A stretch of DNA of 57,771 bases, counting the filler, from Platydemus manokwari (Eukaryota), in the NCBI GenBank assembly GCA_037951405.1. It is 5 parts of 5 records of this genome, joined end to end, with 100 filler letters (N's around TTAATTAATTAA, not from the genome) between each part and the next. Parts side by side here need not be neighbours in the genome. Positions count along the whole stretch, not along the records: positions 25,626 to 36,878 come from JBBMOY010723317.1; positions 36,979 to 48,662 come from JBBMOY010525553.1; 3 more parts are not named here. The stretch is one strand, 5' to 3'. The first letter of the stretch is position 1. Each line of letters opens with the position of its first letter. The notes beneath the pieces were generated by a model, which searched no databases, had not been told where the DNA came from, and worked only from the letters and a program-made list of their open reading frames with translations. Below are positions 28,190-40,100 of the stretch, piece after piece. The position numbers were made by a program, and so were the translations under genes.

Positions 28190-30449
28190 AGTTGGAAGCC
28201 AATTTTTGGTTGCGTTTTTTGAAACATTGTGTTGGGTTTTAGAATCTTATCGATAAGTACGTGTGTCGGTTGAAAGTTAAGTTTCAGTTGCAATTTCGTG
28301 TAACTTTGTGAGTCGTTCTGATTAGTAATAAAGCTTGCAACCTTCGATTTTTTGAGTCTACAATGAATTGAGTATTTAGAATTAAGTCCTCAACAGTCCT
28401 CTCTCTCTGTCTCTCTTCATTTAGATAAATGATATGAAGTAAAAACAGTGATAAAATAAAATAAATTATTCTCATTTCACTTTTATGATAGATTTCACAT
28501 AACTAATATTATTGTATTCAATTTATTTTATAATATGCTTAATTTATTAATATATGATTACTAATAATGTTGATAGTAATAATAATAATTCATTAATATT
28601 ATTGTGATATTATCTACTAAAATATTATTTTTGTTTTGTAAATAAATCGCCGCAATTTTAACTCAAAGAGAAAAGCCATTTAAAAGACTCAATAGTGATT
28701 TCAATGTCAGAAATCTTCAAAATTAAATTGCGAAAGGAAAAATTTAATTCCATTAATAATTAATAAATTGTCGTGGCGAAATCTTCTGAATGAATACAAT
28801 GAAATGTCTAAGTGGAAACTGAATGACAACAACTGTTGAATTATTATCTTCTCCAAAATCTTGAATTCCATTTAAATGAGTTCGACTACAGAATGAAATG
28901 TTTTTATTACACCAACCTTAAAATAATATTAAGCATAATCAAGTCTAACAATCAACAGAAAAAAAATGTTAGTTTGGTCGAGTTGTTTTATATTCAGTTC
29001 AGCTTCCAATGATTGGTATTGATTATCACGAGTTATTTATTCCTTGAAAATTAACTGTGAATATTGGAAAATAATAAACATTGTTTTGAACCTTAACAAT
29101 GTCTGAAAGAAAATTTATTATAAAATTTGTATTTAGTTTGTTTCTAGTTTTCATGCTGTTATTTTTTTTAGAAAATATATAACTTAGAGTTATGAATTCT
29201 AATAGGATTTTCGAAATAAATCTTGATATTTTAGAATAAATAGTTTTAGATTAAAATTCATCTTAATAAATATAATTCCACGACAATTTCAAATCATTAT
29301 CTTATCTGAATATAAACACCAGAAATCAAATAATTCGTAAGTTAATTATATTCTTAATGAAATTAGTTGTCTTAATTAACATATTTATTATCATAAAAAT
29401 TTTATCAAATTTCCTGAAACAAACTGAAAACTCCATTCAATATTTGCGGTTATTATCTGTCAACTTATTCTGGTTATAATTATCAAATGGTCAAATGCGA
29501 ACAATTGGAGCGTATAAAAACATAAAAACCATTATTTCACAATCGTCCATGTTTCAATGAAAATATTACGTAAAAATGATATCTCCATCAATTAATTATT
29601 ACAGCCACCATTTGAAAAATTAGCATAATTATCAAATTAATTAACTGCAGTAAATTTAATTTTTTTGACAGGCCTAATTAATTAAATTTTTTCCAATTGT
29701 TTTTCTGTGATCTTTCGTCTAGACGATTTTGTGAAATAATTATCGTATAAATTCTTTGACACAATCAATAGTGCCCAATGCAAAAATGCAATCTTCTACT
29801 TTTTTTCAGTGTCGATATTCAAATCTCAAATCAAGTGAGATATTTTTCAATTATCAATAAACATTTTGGAAATTTTTCCAATCCATAAATAGGAAGAATT
29901 TTCATTCCATTTGAGAATAATATAACTATTTAACTGTCAATGGTAATTTTAGCTTTTAATTTAAGGTGATGCTTAGTTCAGCTAAATTGCTCGATATTTG
30001 ATTTGTGGATTTTAGGAACCTAATTGCCTACGGTTGTTTTAAATCGTCTGTTAGAGGATTTTATATATATTATATATTTTTTATAATATTATAATTAAGG
30101 GAAATATAATCTACCCTGTTTCTTCTATTAAATTCTTCTCGCTCTATATATAAAGAGAGATGGAGAGAGTGAGAAAAAGAGGGGACATTGATAGCATTTT
30201 ACATCACAGAATAATTTAAGACTTCATTTGCAGAAAGTTTTAATGCCGTTGAAGATTCTGAATAATCGAATAATTGCTGACTTCAAAAATCAAAAATTGC
30301 AAGCTTAATTTCTAACTCACGTACTAATCGGTACGACTCTCAAAAATACAACCAAAGCATGGCTTTCAACTAACACACGTAGTAATCAGTAAAACTCTAA
30401 AACTCAAAACAATGTATCAAAAAACGCAACCAAAACTTGGGTTCCAACT
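28190..30449. repeat. Pair of ~87-bp inverted repeats 2.26 kb apart (possible old TIR element)
   Basis: The reverse complement of 28190-28276 (CTTTCAACCGACACACGTACTTATCGATAAGATTCTAAAACCCAACACAATGTTTCAAAAAACGCAACCAAAAATTGGCTTCCAACT) aligns with 30363-30449 (CTTTCAACTAACACACGTAGTAATCAGTAAAACTCTAAAACTCAAAACAATGTATCAAAAAACGCAACCAAAACTTGGGTTCCAACT). No TSD seen. Confidence 0.75.
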
Positions 30450-30741
30450 GGAAGTAGGCCATCTGTACTTATACTCGAGATCTATTTGTAATTTTTGTGT
30501 CACGTTTGTATCATATTTTGATTTGAATTTTGTTTCTATTGGGCTTATTAGTTTTTGTATGTGCGGGAATAATTAATCCTTTTATGTGTATCGTTGTGTG
30601 GCTATGTTCTTTTCCCCAATTATCGGTTTCCATCTAAGCCAACTATGATTGGTTGATTGTCATGCCATATGGTTGTGTAAGCATGCAGATTCTTAAAGAG
30701 CTGAAACAAGGGTTCCAAGGTGCCAGATTTCGCCTCACTCA

Positions 30742-30773
<32 letters not shown>

Positions 30774-31157
30774 TTGAATTCTAAAAGTTATTTTCAATTT
30801 TCCTGAATAATTTTTCGAAAATAAACGTTTTGTGAAGCTCTAAATTATGAAAATTTAATCTTATTATTTAAAAATATTTATTTGAATTTTTATTTAAATA
30901 TCGCTCACACGATTCAATAAAAATTAAAAAAAACATGAAGCAAATTTTGAAATCCTTTAATCTAAACATTTTTTATTAATTCTAATCCAATTTCAAGCTC
31001 CAATAATTTGACTCGAATGTAATTTATCAGACTTGACCATCAATATTTAAAAATTAACCAATCAAATTCGAGATTGTTTTATTTTATTTCATTCCATATT
31101 TTCATAATAAAAATTTATCGATATGTTGCTTTTTCAGTTTACCAAGTCCAGATCAGC

Positions 31158-33855
31158 ATGTCATTTAAATTTATGGTGATTATCGGACTGATACAGTTAG
31201 AGAAATATCTCATGCAGCATTTTTACAATGTAACTGTCACCTATACCATTGAAGAGGAACAACCGAATCAAGTTACTCTTGGAAATTTGTATTCAGACTT
31301 TAATATCGAACAAATAGCTGCTGGTCGAAATTGCACTCATCATAGAAGTCAGTGTCAAATGGTTTTCTTCCCATCGACTCAACGTGCTCAGAAATATTTC
31401 GGCTTAGTATCCAATTCGTTACATTCACACAATATCTATCTCATAACTATTTCCAGAATTGATAGAGAAGCCATATGTGATATAGGCAATTTACAATCGA
31501 AAGCTAACAGTAAAAAGTTTTGTAATTGCGAACCATCAAATGAAAGTGACAATCTTATATGTTCCACTGTGTTACACATAACTCTTTCGCCTTTTATTAA
31601 CGATCAAATATTTTTTCTGTTTCTAGTGAAAATTGTAATTCTGGATAAAAACGATAATCCTCCAATTTTTCCCAAAGATTCAACTAATGTTTATCTGAGT
31701 TTAAAAATGGGAGGACTCAAATCAATAATTCTACCAAATGCCACCGATCAAGATATCGGTTCTAACAGTAAAATTATATACAAGGCACTCGACTGGAACA
31801 ATTTAACGGATATTATTCCTTCAGCTATGGGACTTAATTTCACACTCAAAAATACAGTCACCACCAGAACTATAAATTACTTGAATCAACCGATAATAGT
31901 GAGAATCCTTGCAATGAATACTTTACCACCATATTACAACGATACTTTCACAGCTCGATTATTTGTTGACACAATAGTTCCAGACTCAGAGATATTTTCG
32001 AGGAAAATATTTTCTTTTAAAGTTGAAGAAAATGTCGATTATGGTACTTATATTGGTCAGGTATATCAAAAAAAAGATGGCAAATACAATCCTAAATTCA
32101 AGTTACAGAGATGTTTTAATTTTATTGAGAAACATGGATCATTATTGGTCGATATAGGATCGACGGATGGAATTATCACAACAGCTGGCATGATCGACAG
32201 AGAAGACCAACAACAGCATTGCATTGAAGTCATAGCTATAACTGGTGAGCACAATGAAATATTCGAAACAGCTACAGTGTCTATAAAAGTTTTAGATGAA
32301 AATGATAACAATCCAAAAATTGGTTTGGAACAATCAATATTAGAGAAAAAAGAGTTGGATGTTCTTGAAAACAAACCAATAGACAGCACTATTCTAACAT
32401 TATTCCCCGAAGACCCAGATGAAGGTGAAAACGGAACTGTTCAGTGTGATAGTATTTCCCATGATCAGTTTGCTGTCGTTTTACTGAATAAGAACTTCAA
32501 ATCACCATTAAAGCCATTTTATGGACGACTATCGTACATTCTTATTAATCGAATAATACTCGATCGTGAAATATCAAGTTCCTATCCCGTAACTATATTT
32601 TGTTATGACAAAGGAAAAATTTCGTTAACCACTAGTTTAACAATTAAATTGAAAATAGTTGATGTAAATGATAATGCTCCCTTCTTTCCAAAAAGTTTCT
32701 ATCAAATATCACATTCAGAAGATCTTCCGATAGGGTCACATATTTTAACTGTAAATGCTACAGATCTTGATGCCACAAGAATGAACTCTCAAGTCTTTTA
32801 TTCTCTCCAGAAATCTGAAAATTCAGAAAGTTTCTCAATAAATGAAAGAAGTGGTGAAATATCGTTAGTAAGCTCGCTTGATCATGAATTATGTACTTTT
32901 ATGATGTTAAACGTTATTGCAAGTGATAAAGGGTTACCAAAACCTCTTTCGAGTATTGTGGTAGTCTATTTAACAGTTCTCGATGTAAATGATTGCTCAC
33001 CTCAACTATTACCATCATATTCCGCAACAATAGCGGAAAATGTGCCCGTAAATTCTCTCGTCACATCAATAATAGCGCAAGATCCAGATACCGGTTCAGG
33101 TGGTAAAGTAATATATTTCATTTCAGATACTCAGTTCTTTTCCTGTTCCCCTTTAGGAGATATAAGAACCAAAATATCATTTGATAGAGAATCTAAAAGT
33201 TCTTATACGTTTATCATATACGCGAAAGATCAGGGTAATCCTAGTCTAACTTCCAGTTCTTCAGTTTATGTTACAATTACTGATGTTAATGATAACAATC
33301 CTGAATTTGTTTTTCCACCTCCCTCACAATCATCAACAAATATATCAATATCTTACAGAGAAATGCCATCCAGTGAATTAACGAAAGTATCGAGTAGAGA
33401 TATAGATGAAGGCGATAATGCAAAAATCAAATATGCGTTCTATCCTTATCTCCTGCAAAAGAATATTTTCTTTATTAACGAAACTACTGGTTACATATAT
33501 CTTACCAATGTTCCCGGAAAAGCCAACCTGAAACGAACATTTACCTTAAAAATTATTGCATATGATCACGGAACTCCCGAAGCACGACATTCATCAGCAA
33601 TTCTTAAAATTACAATAGCTGACATGGAGCCGATTTTAAAAGTCCGGAAAACCATAGATTTTTCTCGCATTCCAGCCTCTATTTTCGATCGATCGAAATC
33701 CGATTCACCAGAACTTCCGAGATTCGTTTTCTGGAATATGGAGCAGAACATCGTTACCATGGTACTAGCAGCCATTCTAATGATTGTTATCATATCCATA
33801 ATTACAGCTGTGGTGTGTGTGTGCTATCGGCTTCAATTCCCTATTCACAATCGAG
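31158..33855 (+). CDS. Protocadherin (7 cadherin repeats + TM), large first coding exon; cytoplasmic exons not resolved
   Basis: DRE, DxNDNxPxF, DxD and AxDxG motifs define EC1-EC7. Cys loop in EC1 (RIDREAIC...C), TM IVTMVLAAILMIVIISIITAVVCVCY, splice donor CGAG/GTATGT at 33855/33856. First ATG at 31158. A whole ectodomain in one exon is typical of protocadherins. Confidence 0.92.
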
Positions 33856-36800
33856 GTATGTTAAATTTATTTTTTCCGTCCCATTCATTTCTTAAATAAG
33901 AATAAATTTCGGTTTATCATTACAATTTAATGCGTACATTTTTAGCTGGACAATTCAATTTTGTAAAAACAACCTCAATATTTCGACAATTAATTCACAG
34001 ATTACCGCAGATTCTTCATGAAATTGAGATGTTGGCGTTAAATTTAGTTATAAGCGCAAATCAACAATCGGGAGACAATGTTTAAATTTTGATAAAAAAC
34101 GTGAATTAGCTCAGAATAGTTGCAATAATTTGAGTGGCATTTCTTTTGGAGGATATTTTATTTGATATATCGAAGTGTTTTTGATCAGCAGATAAATTTT
34201 CGGGTAACCAAATGACCCGCCCACGGAAGCACTGATTTTATTTGAATTCAATATTGTAGAATAGAATAAGCGATTCACTGTTATGAAGATCATTTAGATT
34301 TCTGATTTTAATTTAATTTTTGAACACGGGTTAAATCGATAGAGAAAAATAATTAATAATTATGAGTTCATTATATCAGACAGTCTAGCGATCATATATG
34401 TGATATCTGAAAATAAATTCTCAATTCTAAACACAATATTTTCAAACGAGTATAGCTTAATATATTAACAATATTCGATTAACGGTGAGTTGAGTATTGT
34501 TTCATATGAGAATCGAATTAAGGAAAATAATCAATAGAGCATTAGATGCTTTAGAGTTATATAAATTTCTATTGTTATAAAATTCTAATTTTGTAAAGAA
34601 ATTGTTTTTCCCTTGACATACATTAGCTCAATGTTAACAATTTATGGAATGATTGAATCGTTCCGCTTATTCTCTCAACCTAGATTTGGAATAGATATAT
34701 TGGAAGCGATTTTTGTCAAAGTATATACATTGTGAGGATTTGTTGATACACAATTCTTATAAGATAAAATAAAATATAAATATTTTAAATAAGGCTAATT
34801 TGTTTAAATGTCGTGATGGGATGTACTTTGGGGTTTAACTTAATAAATCGTTTTCAATTTGTGTTTATTAAAATATTAGTAGCTACCATGGTTACCATGC
34901 CATTGGATTCGATTAAAAATATAAAGAATGTATAAAATATGGAGACTACATAGAAGACAGTGAGGATATAGGAAAGATAGAAGATTTATGAATTCGTTAT
35001 AAAGAGAAAAACTGAATAGAGACTTCAATAATAAGGAATGTGAAGAGAATTAAAGATTTTAAAGAAAAAGGAATATGAGAACTATAAAATTTTTGATAAA
35101 ATATAAATATATTAAAAAACGATAATTTGTTTAGATATTGTGGTTTAATATACTTTTACTTCGAATTCTAAAAATCGTATTCAATACTCATTTAATAAAA
35201 CCATAGCAGCGAGCATCAATATTAACAGCATCTTAAAGAGATTTAATTAAAAAGGATAATGGTCACAAACATCTATATCGGGGAGATTTATTGCCATATC
35301 AAAATTTGAAATCGATAAAAACCCAAATAATCAAATGGAATGAAATCAATAAATCCCATCGACTTCAAGTCACCGATTAGCAATAATACTTTTTTCCATT
35401 TGAACTCATTTGGATAAATCGTGAAATATTAGTTCAGGACATAATTTTCGTTTGTGTGCGATAAATTTTTAATTAAATATGTGATTTATGAATGAATTAA
35501 TAAAAGAATGAAAAAAAATTTTGGAAAATTTCATTTCATTATCAAAATTGATATAATCTATCACAAACAATAAATACAGAACTTATCGATTTCAAATCTA
35601 ATAAAGCGAACCATCTATAAGCTAACAAACGATAAAGAACTGCTAATAAATCAATGACAAAAAATTTGAAAAATGATCAACAAAATACGATAAAAGATAT
35701 TCTTCAATTTAATAAATTCGGTCAGGAAATAATTTAAAAAATTATCCTATTTTTGCAAATCACGTTTAAATTTAAAGTACTGACGGTCTCGCAATTCATT
35801 ATGACATTTATTTCTGCACTTCCTTAAAATTAAGGAAGCGTGTTCGTATAAAATTTGATACGTGAATTCTCGTGGTTATAACAATTTCCTTTTATTAAAA
35901 AAAATATTATGATATTCAAATTTTGACAGTTATAATCTTGTAACGGATTAAGATAACTGTCATTTAAAATTTGTTCTCGTTGTTAAACACAAAATTACGA
36001 ATCTATGGTGTACATTTTCTCGTATTTTTCCACTCTATTATTAGATGAGAACAGAAATAAAAACATCGATTAATACATAATTTCATGATTAGTATTTGCA
36101 AAAAAGGCTATCATCTTTCTCTACTTTTTCAACGGAAATTCGACCTTTTATTATTCGACTCATTATAGGGTTTTTAATTAGATTGTCGATAGCTGTAAAA
36201 CGATGCTTATTTTTAAAAATGTCCAGTGAATTAAATTTTTCAATTTGATATCATAATTTTTTTCGAGAAACTAAATTGATAAGGTTAAACAAAATACTAA
36301 TGGAAGATTATTTTATGTTTTTTGATGATTCAATTGAAAAAAAACATTCAATTTATCTTCCAAATTCATTATCTAATTTTAGAAATATATTGTAACATTA
36401 AAATTAATAAAGTATGTAAGCACAGTACTTATTAATATTTTAATACTTTAATAGAAAATATTTAATTATAATTTAATTGCAATTACATTGAGTTATAAAG
36501 TTTTTATGAATAGAATAAAATGAGAATTTTTATTTTCAATTCATTCGAAGTACCTGAGGTGAAAATGATAAAATGCAATCCTCACTCTTCTACTTCAAAC
36601 GCATTTGAAAAAACTATAGTTTGAAAGAAAGAAGTGTATTATTTATAATTTTGATTTTTTGAATGATAAAATTATAATAAATACTTATAAAATCATTTTC
36701 TGATTTATTTTAGCTTTAACGAGTATTCTTATAAGGAAATAAATATTTTAAATTAAACGATGTAACTTTGTAATCATAATTAGAACAAATTTTATTAGAT

Positions 36801-36878
36801 GTAGCTCCTCTAAGTATTTGCATCACTCTGTATTATCGAAGTACAATTCAGTCTTTTAAACATGGGAACTAAAATTCT

Positions 36879-36978
36879 NNNNNNNNNNNNNNNNNNNNNN
36901 NNNNNNNNNNNNNNNNNNNNNNTTAATTAATTAANNNNNNNNNNNNNNNNNNNNNNNNNNNNNNNNNNNNNNNNNNNN
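36879..36978. other. Artificial contig linker
   Basis: N44-TTAATTAATTAA-N44. Confidence 0.97.
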
Positions 36979-37169
36979 TTATGAAAACAATAAATGAAAA
37001 TTTACAAAATAGATAAATATATTTAAACGATACTATAACGATTACATTCCAATACCGTGTAACAAAAATTTTAAAAGTTAACAATGCGAAACATCCGTTA
37101 TCTAATTAAAATCAAGCGACACGTAGTATGAAAAAAATCGGGTTATCAGAATCTATTAATATGCATTTT

Positions 37170-40100
37170 TTATGGACTTTGTGGAGAATAACCAGAATTT
37201 GAATTTGTATTCTGTGGTCCACCATAAGCAGGACTTGAAGCAACATATCCAGGTGTGTTAGGAGAATATGAAGGCGAAGCTGGAGAATAACTCATATTTC
37301 CAGAATAAAGTGGAGATACTGCTCCAGTACTCGGAGATTGTGGTGCATATGATCCAACAGACGGAGAAAAGGCTGGTGACGTTGGAGTATATCTTGGTGA
37401 CGCCGAGAAACTTCGGGACACGGAATATGACGGTGAAGTTAGCGAAGTATGTCTAGGAGATGTTGGAGAATAATTTGGTGAACTCGGTGAATAAGCAGGG
37501 GATGCAGGAATATTCGGTGATGTTGGAGAATAATTTGGTGATGATGGTGAATAATTACGATTTGATGGCGAGTAATTTGGTGATGATGGTGAATAATTTG
37601 GTGAACTAGGTGAATAATGTTGCGTTGCGGATGTTGGACTATAATTTGGACTTGTTGGAGAATATCTCGTTGATCTTTGATTGAACGATGGGCTGGACGG
37701 TGAATAAGATGGACTTGTTGGAGAATATCCCATAGCAGGCGATGTAGGAGAATAATTCACACTACGACCTTCAACTGATGTTCCAAGCCTTGGTGATGTA
37801 GGACAATAAGATGGAGATGTCGGTGAGTAATTCGGGCTAGTAGGACTGTATGATGGAGATGTTGGTGAATATCCTGGGCTTGTTGGACTATAAGATGGAG
37901 ATGTTGGCGAATAATTGGGACTCGTTGGACTGTAAGATGGAGAAGTTGGTGAATATCCTGGGCTTGTTGGACTATATGATGGAGAAGTCGGAGAATAATT
38001 GGGACTGGTTGGACTGTACGATGGAGATGTAGGAGAATATCCTGGACTTGTTGGACTGTAAGAAGGTGAAGTTGGTGAGTATCCCGGACTCGTAGGACTA
38101 TAAGTTGGAGATGTTTGAGAATAACCTGGACTTGTCGGGCTATATCCAGGGCTAGAAGCAGGGGAATAACCGCTGTTGCTAGGACTGGTTCCAGCAGGAC
38201 TAATTGGATTCATGCTTGGAGAGTATTTCCCAAAACCATAATCCATTGGTGTTTTTGGACTCATCATTGGACTAAATCCTAATGCTGGACTTGGTGACAT
38301 TCCAATTTCAGAATGTGCAATAGGTGAAAATGAAGCTCCAAATGAACTTGTTTTTGGAGAAAAACTATACGGTGAAGACAGATTTGTCCAAGGTGTTAAC
38401 TGAGGAGAAGCTGAACTCATTGGAGTAGCTCCTCCAATCATATATAAATTATTTGCAACTCCACTCATCATAGGTAATGCTTGTGCTTCGTTACACTTTT
38501 CATAGTTCATCAATATATCAAAACATCCAGTTCCAATTTTCGCTAATTGGCCTAACATTATAGACTCTGATACTCCTTTCATAGGGTCACATTCAGCATG
38601 CGCTCCAGCCTCCATTAGTATATCAACAGTCTCTTCAAAAGAAGAGCGAGCCAAAGCACCTGTTTCTTGTCTATTTATACCATGTCTATCAATTGACATT
38701 AAAAATCCTTTATGTGTCATTATTTCGCACAATAGAGCCAAATGTCTATAATTGACATATGAGCCATCAAATGAAATAACATGATGCATTTCTCTTTCAA
38801 TTGCATTGCGAGCAGCTTCAATACCGAATGTTTCAAATATTTCCGTGATATGGTTGCTAATAGTAGTTTCAGAATCAACGTCTCTTTCGGCCAAAACTTT
38901 CTGCAGACATGTTCCATCTGTTTCTAAAATCCACTCAGCTCTACCTTCAAATGCGCCTTCGCTATTAATTACTATTTTCTTCTTATCATCAGTCTTAGGA
39001 TAATGAATATACACTTTAGAGATTTGAGGAATGCCTTGCAAACATATTTCATCGAGAATAAGATTTTCAACCAACTCTAAATATTTTCTGTCTTCTAATT
39101 CCAATTTTTCATCTTCTTTCTCATCTTCTTTCTTCAACATTCTTATTCTTAAAACTAAATTCAAATTATCATCTGGAATGTGACAAATAATATCATTTTG
39201 AAAATATTCCGTAATCTTTTCAGCTATAGCTTGTAATGTAATTTTCTTATCAGTCATTTTTTTTCGAGTGAGAACTATTCTCAATAAATATGGACTCTTT
39301 TTATCGATATCAAAATCTGGTAATTCATAATATGTTCGAACCCATTCCCGATCACTTTCGATTACAGAATTTTCAGGCTCAGGATCATAATATATTTCAG
39401 ATTTTACGGCCAATTTCCGTAATGTAGTATGTTCTAATCTTGCTGCAATACTCTTTGCCATTTCAGCATCTTTAGCAGCATTTCCTGTAAGAAAAACCGT
39501 CAACGAAGGTGTTTTAGGATTTCTACTAACATTGATGATTTCTTTCAATCGAGGTACTCCGAGAGTAACATTTTTAGCAGATACACCAGCGTAATGAAAA
39601 GTATTCAATGTCATTTGAGTAGCTGGTTCACCTAAACTTTCAGCTGCTAAAGCACCGACCATTTCTCCAGGTTGTACTAGAGACTGATTAAACCTAGTTT
39701 TTATTTCTCCAAGAACCCAATCAAAAGCTTCTGGGCTCAATCTATATTCATCAATAACCTTTTTACAACAAAGCATACTGCGAATCAGACAGCAGAACAA
39801 TAGTGTTGCATTTTCATTTGCAGTTTTGCTAATATTATCATCACCTTTAACAACAATTAATTCATTACAAAGACTTTCAACTTTTTCAATGATATCCGTT
39901 GGTTTGATATCTGTTTTTCGTAATAAATCAATCTTAAATATTTTCTGACCATTCCATATTAACCGTTGAATATTACATGGTAAAACAACACGACCACCAG
40001 TTTCAAATTTAACAATTTCTCTTATCAAATCTCGATCTTTACATAATTGATCCCATTCCATATCAAGTTTACAAATCGTATCTGCTTCAGTTGTTATTTC

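Noticed and set aside
31074-31157. ORF-track start of the 941-aa cadherin (likewise 10628 for ALG6 and 42791 for RPB1)
   Set aside because: Non-ATG starts from a bacterial-style caller; eukaryotic ATG and splice models are used instead.
32066-33799. Minus-strand ORFs 32066-32389 and 33566-33799
   Set aside because: Antisense to the protocadherin exon with no independent motifs.
36799-36872. Possible protocadherin exon 2 (DVAPLSICITLYYRSTIQSFKHGN*)
   Set aside because: The phase fits, but there is no recognisable cytoplasmic motif and it sits at the contig edge; unsupported.
37268-38032. Plus-strand ORFs with repeated [12 protein letters not shown] peptides
   Set aside because: Antisense shadows of the RPB1 CTD repeat.
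37480-38160. Regularly spaced repeats resembling a CRISPR array
   Set aside because: 21-bp coding heptads without unique spacers; eukaryotic gene; no cas genes.
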